Source of the DNA: an uncultured Desulfurococcales archaeon
GTDB taxonomy: Archaea; Thermoproteota; Thermoprotei_A; EX4484-217-1
DNA: 64,000 bases
Assembly: GCA_964564025.1 (NCBI GenBank)
Contig: CAZLZO010000005.1
Location: forward strand, 712 to 64,711
Direction of reading: 5' to 3'
This document shows, one piece after another, positions 9,533 to 18,917 of this stretch; the first letter of the stretch is position 1, and each line of letters starts with the position of its first letter. The notes beneath the pieces are model-generated. The model searched no databases, was not told the origin of the DNA, and saw only the letters and a list, made by a program, of their open reading frames with translations. Position numbers and translations under genes: made by a program.

Positions 9533-11539
9533 TTAGGGTGGTTTAACAGTAATTCTTCTCCTAAGTATTAGTCTTAATGGGTTGTACTCTACTCCTCCTC
9601 CTTCATAGAATTTTGGAAGGAACTCTACGAAACATAGTCTTAAGGAATGAATGAAAGGTCCTATGATGCTTAATGCTAGGTTTAGTAGGTGTCCGAGGAA
9701 GAAAACTATACCTCCGAAAATTACTCCTAAAACTAAACCCGCTATTCCTGGTAGTATTCCCTGGAAGCCTAGGATTATCATTCTAGCCATTAAATTGAAG
9801 CTAGACGCTAAGTATATTGTTGCGAAAGCTACACCAGCAATTCTAGTATAAGACATTATATCTCCTAGAAGCCCTGTAATGTCAAATATCCACATGAGTG
9901 TTCCGAAAAACCTCATCGACATTATTTGCGAATATGCTAAAAACGCTATGCCAACAATTACTCCGTAAATTAATGTATCATATACGCTATCTGGAAGAGG
10001 AAAGACTTTGAAATTAGCCATTTTGAAGAGTATATATGGTATTCCGAAGATTTCTGATACAAATAAACCTACCTTACTAGCTATAGTTACTTTATCTTTC
10101 TCTAACAACGCCTTTACGAAGCCTAGGAAATGCGCTATGTTAACGTGAACTAGGCCTATACCCATTGCTAAAAGTATTAAAGCTAATGGGTCAGAAAATT
10201 CAGGAACAAGAGGAGGTATGTTTATTCCGAGAAGTTTAAGGGTGTCTCCAAGGTAAGAGCCATAAAGAAAACCTGCAACTATTGAAGCAAAACCTGAAAC
10301 ATAAAGCATCCTCTTAAACATAAGGTAGTTTTCCGATTCAGGGTTTTCAACAAGTCTATCTAGAACATACTTAATAATTAGGATCATAAGTATACCGTAA
10401 ATTACGTCTCCAAGCATAAGACCAAAAAATGTTGCAAAAGAATAGGCTACAAGAGGTGTAGGATCCCATTCCTTATATTTAGGTATGCCATAGAACTTAA
10501 CCAAGGGTTCGAAGTATCTGAGAATATTTAAGTTTCTCATTTTCGTAGGTGGTTCTTCTTCAGGCTTAGCTTTTTCGAAGTTAACGTAAAAGAACTTAAC
10601 ATTATTATGCAGCTCATAAAGGAGTTTTTGCTTAAAACTTTCAGGAACCCATCCTTCAATTAATGTTACGTATTTTGCTCCAGCTGCTTTCTCTAACACA
10701 TTAAGCTTTAACATTTCATTTTCTAAAAGTGTTCTAAGTATGAGTACTTGCTTCAAATTTTCCTCTATTAGTCTTTGGAATTCTTGATTTAGTTTTTCAA
10801 GATTTTTCTCGAATTCAACGCCTCTTTTTTCAAGTTCGCTGATGAACTCATTTATGGGAATGTTTATCTTTTCAAATCTTAGAATAGTTAGGCCAAAATC
10901 CTTAACTATTCTAGTTAAAGCTTCAATTTTCCTTGAAAGACCTACAACAACATAAATTACTTCGGGGGGTTCAGTTATTTCCGCCTTAACTAATACATCA
11001 GCTACTTCCCTTACTTTTTCTTCAAAATCCTTTGCTCGCTCCTTAGATACAACTATTGTTTTGGAAAAAATCACTTTGCCATCAAAATCAAGGTCTATGA
11101 TGTTAAGTTCAGGCCTTATTTTAACTAGTGCTTTAAGATACTTAATTCTAGACTTCATGTCGGAAAGTGTTTGCTGAGTTTCCGAAATTTTCTTTGCCAT
11201 AAATTGCATTTTAGCGTAGATTTCACGAACTGGTTTTTCATATTTTTTGAGAAGTTCAGAAATAGTGTATGGTTCAATTTTTTCCTCTATTTCAACTACG
11301 TATTCCTTACTAATGCCCATTAAGAGTTTATCTATTATTCTTAGTAGATTCTCTATTTCTCCCCTTCTTTTCTCAATAATTTCTCTGTCGAGAGGCTTAA
11401 GCTCCTTAGTTTCTTTAACGTGAATTGCTTGTGATGCGTGAAGAGCCATTAAGACACTGCTAACTTCGTCCTTAACGGTTATTATCCTAGTTTTTAACAT
11501 AGGTTCCGGGGCGCTAAGGATGAAGGGGGGTACTGGCAT
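9533..11539 (-). CDS. atpI: A/V-type ATP synthase subunit I (a-type stator subunit)
   Basis: A 668-aa protein with a hydrophilic coiled-coil N-terminal half and a multi-TM C-terminal half, in operon position. Confidence 0.9.
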   Translation of the reverse strand: MPVPPFILSAPEPMLKTRIITVKDEVSSVLMALHASQAIHVKETKELKPLDREIIEKRRGEIENLLRIIDKLLMGISKEYVVEIEEKIEPYTISELLKKYEKPVREIYAKMQFMAKKISETQQTLSDMKSRIKYLKALVKIRPELNIIDLDFDGKVIFSKTIVVSKERAKDFEEKVREVADVLVKAEITEPPEVIYVVVGLSRKIEALTRIVKDFGLTILRFEKINIPINEFISELEKRGVEFEKNLEKLNQEFQRLIEENLKQVLILRTLLENEMLKLNVLEKAAGAKYVTLIEGWVPESFKQKLLYELHNNVKFFYVNFEKAKPEEEPPTKMRNLNILRYFEPLVKFYGIPKYKEWDPTPLVAYSFATFFGLMLGDVIYGILMILIIKYVLDRLVENPESENYLMFKRMLYVSGFASIVAGFLYGSYLGDTLKLLGINIPPLVPEFSDPLALILLAMGIGLVHVNIAHFLGFVKALLEKDKVTIASKVGLFVSEIFGIPYILFKMANFKVFPLPDSVYDTLIYGVIVGIAFLAYSQIMSMRFFGTLMWIFDITGLLGDIMSYTRIAGVAFATIYLASSFNLMARMIILGFQGILPGIAGLVLGVIFGGIVFFLGHLLNLALSIIGPFIHSLRLCFVEFLPKFYEGGGVEYNPLRLILRRRITVKPP

Positions 11540-11540
11540 T

Positions 11541-11855
11541 TTACTGTAACCCCGTTACATACTGGAGGAGCATAAAAACTATTTTCTCCCTTTTTGACTT
11601 AGCTTTCTTTAATAATTCCTGTACTTTATTTTTACCTTCCTTTTCGATTCTCTTTACTTGCTCTTCTGCTTCTGCAAGTATTTCTTCACTCTTTTTCCTA
11701 GCCTCTGTTAGGTCAAGAGGTGCTTCCAGTATTTCTCTTGCTTTTTCCTCAGCTGTTCTCTTAAGCTCCTCCGCTTTTCTTCTTGCTTCCTCTATTAACT
11801 TTTCAGCTTCTCTTTCAATAGCCTCTATTTCTGTAAGCGTTGACACCTTTAGCAA
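11541..11855 (-). CDS. atpH: A/V-type ATP synthase subunit H
   Basis: A 104-aa charged helical protein encoded by the first gene of the operon. It has a TTG start. A TATA-like box (reverse complement TTTTTATTTAG) lies about 50 nt upstream. Confidence 0.65.
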   Translation of the reverse strand: MLKVSTLTEIEAIEREAEKLIEEARRKAEELKRTAEEKAREILEAPLDLTEARKKSEEILAEAEEQVKRIEKEGKNKVQELLKKAKSKREKIVFMLLQYVTGLQ

Positions 11856-11996
11856 GCCCCTCTTTTTCGCCGTAAAAGCGGGTCGTTTAGTTAAAGGGGA
11901 AAACTCTAAATAAAAATTTCCTCATTAAAACCAAATAGATCAGTTATACTGAGCAAACATTGTTAGACGAAGCTAAAACGGGGTGTATCGGAAATA

Positions 11997-12236
11997 GTGA
12001 GTAGGAGTTACATATTTCCTCTATCAATGGCTCCCCCAGGATCTGTAGTTAGAGTTGTTAGGGTATATGCTGGAAGAGGCCTTACTCAGAGACTAATGGA
12101 ATTAGGTTTAACGAACGGTGTTGAAGTAAGGGTTTTGAAAAACGATGTAGGTCCCTTACTTTTACATGTCCGAGGTGTAACAATAGCTTTGGGAAGAGGT
12201 GTTGCGAGTAAAATACTTGTTGAAAAAATTGCGTAA
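11997..12236 (+). CDS. feoA: FeoA-domain protein
   Basis: A 79-aa protein with the GSVVRVVRV...RRLMELGLTNGVEVRV...GPLLLHVRGVTIALGRGVASKI pattern typical of FeoA SH3-like domains. No feoB is in the window. Confidence 0.65.
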   Translation: MSRSYIFPLSMAPPGSVVRVVRVYAGRGLTQRLMELGLTNGVEVRVLKNDVGPLLLHVRGVTIALGRGVASKILVEKIA

Positions 12237-12260
12237 TATACCTTATACCTTAAGCATTCC

Positions 12261-13238
12261 TTATTCCTTACCGAATTTTTCGAGAATATATCTATATGCT
12301 GAGTCAGCAGCTACAGCTCCTTGAGCTGCAGCTGTTATTATTTGTTTAAACATGTTACATGCTGTAGTGCAGTCTCCTGCAGCAAAAAGTCCAGGTATGT
12401 TTGTTGACTGGTCAGGTCCTACTTTTACATAGCCTTTCTCATCCACTTCAACCCCTATTTTCTTAAAGAATTCTTTAGGAGGATCACTTCCTATTTCTAC
12501 GAAAACGCCATTGACACGTATTTTTTCTCCTGTTTCCTTAATTTTTATCCATTCAACAGTTTTTGTACCGCCTATTTCAGCAACATTACTCTTTAGTATA
12601 AGCTGTATTTTTGGATGAGTTGTTAACTTTCTTACGTAAAATGGTTGTGCTTTTAATTTTTCTCTCCTATGAACTAAGTACACTTTTTTAGCGTAATCTG
12701 CAAGAAGTAATGCTGCGCTTGCAGCACTATTTCCTCCCCCTATAACAGCGACTATTTTGTCTTTATAAAGAGGTGCATCACATGGTGCACAGTAGGAAAC
12801 CCCTCTTCCCGAAAATTCCTCTTCTCCAGGAACTCCAAGCTTCTTCCTAATAACGCCTAAAGCTAAAATCACAGTTTTTGACTTGAAATTTTTACCTGAG
12901 GACGTAAGAACATTAAATAATGATTCATTCTTTTTTACATCTAAAACTTCGTCTAAAATTACAGGAACCCTATATTCGCCTAAGTGATCATAGAATTTAT
13001 CTACGAGATCTGGTCCAAGAATGCTCTTAATTCCAGGATAATTCTCCACATATCCTGCTTCGCTCATTTGCCCTCCTTTATCCTTAGTTATGATAATAGT
13101 AGATAGCATATATCTTGCAGCATAAATTCCCGCAGCAATACCTGCTGGACCGCCGCCAACAATAATTACATCGTATATTTTCTTAGTTTCAATACTTTTA
13201 GTTAATTCCATTCTTCTAAAACTTATCTTGAAGGCCAT
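12261..13238 (-). CDS. trxB: Thioredoxin-disulfide reductase
   Basis: It has the FAD motif VIIVGGGPAG, the redox-active CAPCD and the NADPH motif AVIGGGNSA. Length is 325 aa. Confidence 0.9.
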   Translation of the reverse strand: MAFKISFRRMELTKSIETKKIYDVIIVGGGPAGIAAGIYAARYMLSTIIITKDKGGQMSEAGYVENYPGIKSILGPDLVDKFYDHLGEYRVPVILDEVLDVKKNESLFNVLTSSGKNFKSKTVILALGVIRKKLGVPGEEEFSGRGVSYCAPCDAPLYKDKIVAVIGGGNSAASAALLLADYAKKVYLVHRREKLKAQPFYVRKLTTHPKIQLILKSNVAEIGGTKTVEWIKIKETGEKIRVNGVFVEIGSDPPKEFFKKIGVEVDEKGYVKVGPDQSTNIPGLFAAGDCTTACNMFKQIITAAAQGAVAADSAYRYILEKFGKE

Positions 13239-13500
13239 AAGTTCATCCCTTACTATAGGATGCTTCTCCCCGTACTAAGGATAAGTTTTTCACCGCTACG
13301 TAATTTATTGTTACTATGATAAAACGAATTTCTACACTGTCTACTCAATCACCTTATTAGCTATTTTAAATTAATGTTTCATTATAAATTTAGAACTAAG
13401 AAAAATGATTTCTAAATGTAATTAACCGAAATTGATAATTAGTAATAAGCGTTTTTAAGAAAACGATGTTGAAGGGAATTTCCGATATAGCGGCGATATT

Positions 13501-14706
13501 ATGGGTTTTTCAAAATATAGAAGGGAACTTAAAGATGTTTGGGAGGAGCTTGTAGCATTAACGATAACTACTCTTGGAAGTGGCATAACGGGGATGATTT
13601 TCGGCTTAGGAAACATTATTATTGCTATGAAAAGCTCTGTTCTAATGCTTGCACCAGCTAGTATGAGTATGAGAGGAAACATTTATTCTTCCTTAGGTTC
13701 GCGTTTAGGTTCACTTCTTCATTTAGGCTACATTGAACCCAAAATTAGTAGGAACCCTTTACTAATAGAGAACTTACTTGGAGTTTTAGCTTTAAAAACC
13801 TCTATGACCGTTTATATTGGGGTTATTGCTTCTATCGCTTATTTTTTATTTTCAGGTTTCCTTGATTTTATGGATTTAACGTTAATCGCTTTTTTAACAA
13901 CATTTCTTGCATTACCCATAATGTTGGCAGTCACTTTTGCCGTAACATTCATTACATACTCTAGAGGGTTAGACCCGGATAATTTTTCAGCACCAATAAT
14001 AACTTTAGCTGGTGATGTAACATCTCTTCCAATACTTTTTCTTTCAACATACATTGTAGTGAAGCTGTTTCTAGGGTTTAAACTAGCTTTAATCATAGTA
14101 GGCATGGTTATTACAGCGATTTTTGCCTTGTACGTTGTTTTTTCGGGAAAAACTTATCTTAAAAAGATAGTTTATGAGGCAGCACCTGTACTCATGATTT
14201 GCGGCTTACTTGAAATGTTTGCGGGATCAGCATTAGTTATTAATGTTGAGAAAATACTTGAGAAAGCCGGGATATTAACAATAGTGCCAGGTTTTCTTGA
14301 AAATGGTGGAGCATTGGGTGGAATCTTAGCTGCTAGACTTTCCACAAAGCTTCATCTTGGAGAAATAGAGCCTAAACCCATTCCTTCAATGAAGGTGATT
14401 AAGGAGTTTATTAAAGTCTTTGTGGTTTCACTTATAATATATCCTACATTAGGATTCTACGGCTATTTCGTGGCTTTACTTTTAAAATTACCCATACCTT
14501 CTCTCCACATAGTTTTTCTTTCGGTTCTAGTTGCTGGAATAATGCTTTTAGCAGTAACCATATTCATGGTATACTTTGTGTCTATCATAAGTTTCAAGAG
14601 AGGGCTTGACCCGGATAATATAACAATACCCTTAATAACCAGTGGAATCGATGCTACAGGAATGTTTATTTTGCTTTACTCGTTTCTCGCCTTATCCGGG
14701 ATTTAA
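13501..14706 (+). CDS. MgtE-family divalent-cation transporter with a duplicated MgtE TM domain
   Basis: A 401-aa polytopic membrane protein with two copies of the (S/K)RGLDPDN...P(I/L)IT..GD signature. Confidence 0.7.
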   Translation: MGFSKYRRELKDVWEELVALTITTLGSGITGMIFGLGNIIIAMKSSVLMLAPASMSMRGNIYSSLGSRLGSLLHLGYIEPKISRNPLLIENLLGVLALKTSMTVYIGVIASIAYFLFSGFLDFMDLTLIAFLTTFLALPIMLAVTFAVTFITYSRGLDPDNFSAPIITLAGDVTSLPILFLSTYIVVKLFLGFKLALIIVGMVITAIFALYVVFSGKTYLKKIVYEAAPVLMICGLLEMFAGSALVINVEKILEKAGILTIVPGFLENGGALGGILAARLSTKLHLGEIEPKPIPSMKVIKEFIKVFVVSLIIYPTLGFYGYFVALLLKLPIPSLHIVFLSVLVAGIMLLAVTIFMVYFVSIISFKRGLDPDNITIPLITSGIDATGMFILLYSFLALSGI

Positions 14707-14799
14707 CGGTAAAGTAGATAATGCTGTAAGAGACTAAGTTATACGTAGAACCGCTATGACATTCGAACCCGAGACTGATCGGTGATTGAAGGCCGGTGT

Positions 14800-15138
14800 C
14801 TAGGAGCGGTTTTCTTCCTCCATAAACTCCATGATCTTTTTGACGGAGGTTTCAATGTAGTATTCGCCATCATAAATAATTATTTTAAAACCTAAAGATT
14901 CAAGTTTCTCCTTAAGTGCTGAGTTGTTCAAAATTTCTTCAACAAGATGGGTTAACTTAGGATATTCAGGAATGTTGCTTTCGTAAAACCAGAAAAGACC
15001 TCTTAAAGCAATCTTTACACTTCTTTGACCAGTTGCTTTAGTCATTGAAACTATTTTTCTACCTTGCTTTTCTAAGTACTTATGTAATGTTCTAAAGAGA
15101 AGCTCGATGAGTTCTTCCCTTAATTTTTTATTACTCAA
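14800..15138 (-). CDS. Hypothetical protein (112 aa)
   Basis: ORF track only. I recognise no motifs. Confidence 0.4.
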   Translation of the reverse strand: MSNKKLREELIELLFRTLHKYLEKQGRKIVSMTKATGQRSVKIALRGLFWFYESNIPEYPKLTHLVEEILNNSALKEKLESLGFKIIIYDGEYYIETSVKKIMEFMEEENRS

Positions 15139-15222
15139 ACGTAGTTACCTCTGATGATAAGGTTTAAAGTGAAAAATATAAATACCTACCCTAATTTATC
15201 ATTGTAATGTCATTCTCCGGAA

Positions 15223-17697
15223 GTGTTAGATAATGAGGGATTGCCTATTGGTGAATTGAAGTTTACACCCAAAATAAAGGAGAAACGTTGGAATAAGGAT
15301 AAGGAGAAGGAGCTTAGGGAACTCTGGGATAAGGAGAAAATATATGACTTTAAATTTTCACCTAAGGATGAAAGATCAGTAATTGTAATAGATACGCCAC
15401 CACCTTATCCTTCAGGTAAGTGGCATGTTGGTGGTGCAGCACACTACGCACAAATAGATATGGTTGCAAGATATTTTAGAATGAAGGGGTACAATGTTTT
15501 CCTACCATTCTATGCTGATAGAAACGGCTTACCCGTTGAAGTTCAAGTTGAAAAAACAAAAAACGTTAATCCCCATGAACTAGCTAAGACTCCTGAGGGA
15601 AGACAGAAGTTCCTTGACTTATGTAAGGAGTTCTTAGATAAAGTTGAAAGAGAACTTGTTAGTGTATGGAAAAGGCTTGGATGCAGTTTTTACTACATTA
15701 AAGATGGAACTGATAGTCCAAAATATAGGAGAATGACCCAAGCAACATTCATTGAACTTTGGAAAAAGGGACTCATATATGAAGCTGAAAGACCTGTTAA
15801 TTGGTGTCCCAGATGTAGAACTACACTAAGCGATGCAGAACTTGAACATAGAGAAGAGGAAACCTTACTTTACTATGTCAAGTTTAAAGTTAAAGAAACA
15901 AAGGAGGACATAATTGTTGCTACTACCAGACCAGAACTCTTAGCATCATGTGATGCAGTAATATATAATCCTAAGGATGAGAGATATAAGCATCTTAAAG
16001 GTAAACACGCAATAATACCTCTTTATGGAAAGGAGGTTAGAATTCTAGAGCATCCGGAAGCTAAACCAGAGTTTGGAACAGGGCTTGTCATGGTATGCAG
16101 TTATGGTGATCAAAGAGACACCAGGTTGTTTAAGGAATTAGGGCTTAAACCAACAATTTTAATAACGAAAGAAGGTTTTATGAATGAAAAAGCAGGCTTC
16201 CTTAAGGGATTAAAGGTTAAAGAGGCTAAGAAGAAAATAGCTGAAGAACTTAAGAAGCAAGGGCTTCTTGTTAAAACAGAGAAAATAAAGCATACAGTAC
16301 CGGTCTGTTGGAGATGTAAAACACCTGTAGAGTTCATAAGTGTTAAAGAGTACTTCTTAAAACAGCTTGAGTTCAGAGATGAACTTAAGAAAATAGTTAT
16401 GGAAATGAAGTTCTGCCCTGAATTTCATCGTAGAAAACTTCTTGACTGGATAGATTCAATATCTACGGACTGGCCTATTTCTAGAAGCAGATTTTACGGC
16501 ACAGAAATACCTTTATGGCACTGTAGGAAATGTGGTGCTAAACTAGTTCCTGAACCAGGCAAATACTATATTCCATGGAAGCAAGAGCCTCCCTTCGAGA
16601 AATGCCCTAAATGTGGCGCTCCTAAGGAATTTCTTGATGGGGAAAAGAAAGTTTTCGATACATGGTTTGACTCATCAATTTCAGCGCTTTATGTTAGTGG
16701 GTATATGAGGGATGAAGAGTTTTTCAATAGGGCTTTCGGAAATATCCTTAGACCCCAGGGAATAGACATTGTCGGGACGTGGCTTTACTATTCGATACTT
16801 AGAGTATACCAGTTAACTGGGAAACCCGCTTTCAAATGGGTTAGACTAACGGGAATGGGTCTTGATGAGAAAGGAGAGGCTATGCATAAGAGTAAAGGTA
16901 ATGTAATAGACCCAGACCCTTATGTTGAAAAATATGGAGCTGACGCGTTTAGGTTCTGGGCTGCTGCAGCAGGAAAGCTAGGAAGTGACTATAGATTTTC
17001 AGAACAACTACTTAAAACAGGGAGCCTTTTTGCAACAAAATTATGGAACATAGGTAGATTCATATCAGCGTTTCCAGAACCTAAGAAGGAACCTCAGCTT
17101 AAACCAATAGACTTAATGATTCTTGAAGAATTAAACAGAGTAATTGAGGAATGTGATAGAAGCTATAGTGAATTAGATGTTTACGAACCTATTAACAGAA
17201 TTTACCAGTTCGTATGGAATACTTTTGCATCACACTACATAGAAGCTGTAAAAAGAAGAGCATACAATAGAGATAGAATTTATAGTAGCGAAGAACAGAA
17301 AGCTGCATGGTATACCTTACACACAGTATTCAAAATTTCACTAAAGCTCTTAGCACCAATAATGCCATACATCACTGATTATATTTGGAGGAAAATGTAT
17401 TCTAAAGAAAGTATTCATTTAGAGGAGTTTCCAAAGCCCAATCCAGCATGGAATAAGGGTTACGGTAAGCTTCTTAACAAATTTATTGAGGCAAATAGTG
17501 CTATATGGAAATACAAGAAAGCTCTCAATTTATCGCTTGGCACCGAGCTTAATGCTAAAGTGTATTTATCTAAAGAGCTAAAACCCTTAGCTAACGATAT
17601 TAAAGCTCTCCACAAGATAAAGGAAATTTCCTTCGAAGAACCTAGCGACAAGGCTGAAAAAGTAAGTGAAAATGTTTATATTGAGAAATTAAATTAA
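15223..17697 (+). CDS. Class Ia aminoacyl-tRNA synthetase of the Leu/Val type (824 aa). The HIGH motif reads HVGG.
   Basis: It has a PYPSGKWHVGGAAHY region in place of HIGH, then DMVARYFRMKGYNV, a WCPRC zinc knuckle, a CP1-like insert, the KMSKS variant MHKSKGN, and a TWFDSS block. Confidence 0.6.
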   Translation: MLDNEGLPIGELKFTPKIKEKRWNKDKEKELRELWDKEKIYDFKFSPKDERSVIVIDTPPPYPSGKWHVGGAAHYAQIDMVARYFRMKGYNVFLPFYADRNGLPVEVQVEKTKNVNPHELAKTPEGRQKFLDLCKEFLDKVERELVSVWKRLGCSFYYIKDGTDSPKYRRMTQATFIELWKKGLIYEAERPVNWCPRCRTTLSDAELEHREEETLLYYVKFKVKETKEDIIVATTRPELLASCDAVIYNPKDERYKHLKGKHAIIPLYGKEVRILEHPEAKPEFGTGLVMVCSYGDQRDTRLFKELGLKPTILITKEGFMNEKAGFLKGLKVKEAKKKIAEELKKQGLLVKTEKIKHTVPVCWRCKTPVEFISVKEYFLKQLEFRDELKKIVMEMKFCPEFHRRKLLDWIDSISTDWPISRSRFYGTEIPLWHCRKCGAKLVPEPGKYYIPWKQEPPFEKCPKCGAPKEFLDGEKKVFDTWFDSSISALYVSGYMRDEEFFNRAFGNILRPQGIDIVGTWLYYSILRVYQLTGKPAFKWVRLTGMGLDEKGEAMHKSKGNVIDPDPYVEKYGADAFRFWAAAAGKLGSDYRFSEQLLKTGSLFATKLWNIGRFISAFPEPKKEPQLKPIDLMILEELNRVIEECDRSYSELDVYEPINRIYQFVWNTFASHYIEAVKRRAYNRDRIYSSEEQKAAWYTLHTVFKISLKLLAPIMPYITDYIWRKMYSKESIHLEEFPKPNPAWNKGYGKLLNKFIEANSAIWKYKKALNLSLGTELNAKVYLSKELKPLANDIKALHKIKEISFEEPSDKAEKVSENVYIEKLN

Positions 17698-18801
17698 GAA
17701 TTTTCCATTCTCGTAAATTAGCTCTCCATCAGCAAACACTTTTCCCTCTTTCATATCCTTAATCATGTCGATGTGTATTACTGAGAAGTTCTTGCCTCCA
17801 GTTTCAGGAAATCCCATGCCAAGTGCTAAATGTATTGTCCCACCTATTTTTTCGTCGAAAAGTATTTGTCTAGTAAACTTTTTAACATTATAGTTTGTTC
17901 CAAAAGCTACTTCTCCAAGCTTTTTAGCTCCTTCATCTGTTTCAAGGATTTTTCTAAGAAATTCTTTGCCTTCAGAAGCATCTGCTTCAACAACTACCCC
18001 GTCTTTAAACTTAAGTTTAACATTTCTTATTTCAACACCTTGGTAAAGAACGGGATAAGTGAAGACTACTACTCCATTTGCTGAATCTTCTATAGGTGAG
18101 GTAAAGACTTCTCCGTCAGGAAGATTCTTTTTACCATCGGCATTAATCCATTTCCTACCTTCAACATGCACTACGAGATCTGTTCCTGGGCCTATAAAAT
18201 GTAGTTCTTTAACTTTATTTAGAAACTTAACATATCTTTCCTGCTCTTCATGAATTTTCTTCCATGCAGTAACGGGGTCTTCTGAATCAGCATAGCACGC
18301 TTTATAGACGAAGTCTTCAAAGTCTAAAGTTGACATACCGGCTTCCTGTGCCATCGCCGGACTAGGGTAGGGTACAAGAACCCATCTCAATTCTCCTTTA
18401 GCCTCTCTTTCTCTAAGAATTCTAATTATTTCTGTTCTTGCAGTAGCTGCTATTCTTAATTTTTCAGGGTCTATGGTGTTTAGCATTCTTAAATTGTTCT
18501 CAGAATATATTGATATGATTACTGTTGCTTTTTCAACAATTGCTTTCCGTATTGGAGAAACATGTTTAAGCTGCTTTTCTGAAGCCTCTTTGAAAAATAT
18601 TTCTTCAGCAACATCATCAGATAATATCAATAATGGGTTGCCACCAGCTTTAAGAGTTTCTCTAAATATTTCCCTAGCCAAGGGTGTAGCTATGGGTCTA
18701 GAGTAAATAACTACTTCATCTCCATCCCTTACTTCAGTTGAGTATTTTACAACAAGTTTAGCAAGTTTAGAAACTCTTACATCAACCATCGGAATAACCA
18801 C
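17689..18801 (-). CDS. M29-family (AmpS/PepS-like) aminopeptidase
   Basis: A 370-aa protein. The KLGEVAFGTN motif resembles the M29 IGEFAIGTN signature. Confidence 0.6.
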   Translation of the reverse strand: MVIPMVDVRVSKLAKLVVKYSTEVRDGDEVVIYSRPIATPLAREIFRETLKAGGNPLLILSDDVAEEIFFKEASEKQLKHVSPIRKAIVEKATVIISIYSENNLRMLNTIDPEKLRIAATARTEIIRILREREAKGELRWVLVPYPSPAMAQEAGMSTLDFEDFVYKACYADSEDPVTAWKKIHEEQERYVKFLNKVKELHFIGPGTDLVVHVEGRKWINADGKKNLPDGEVFTSPIEDSANGVVVFTYPVLYQGVEIRNVKLKFKDGVVVEADASEGKEFLRKILETDEGAKKLGEVAFGTNYNVKKFTRQILFDEKIGGTIHLALGMGFPETGGKNFSVIHIDMIKDMKEGKVFADGELIYENGKFLI

Positions 18802-18917
18802 CTTGAAGACTAAGTATTATGATATGATTTATAAGGGTAATATTTAAATCATTAAACAAGTAAGTATATTGGATTCTTCGTTTAAATTAAGGTGACCACT
18901 TATAAGGTGGTTTAGTA

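Noticed and set aside
14755-14775. GGGTTCGAAT looked like a tRNA T-loop, which raised the possibility of a tRNA gene or an integration-site fragment
   Set aside because: No T-stem partner (CCCGA) follows it, and no D-arm or anticodon arm can be built. It is kept only as a low-interest structured-element note.
18889-18911. An inverted repeat ACCAC-TTATAAG-GTGGT upstream of the adenine deaminase gene, considered as a possible regulator binding site
   Set aside because: The right arm is the AAGGTGG Shine-Dalgarno for the TTG start and the loop is a TATA-like sequence. It is more simply explained as ordinary promoter and RBS elements.
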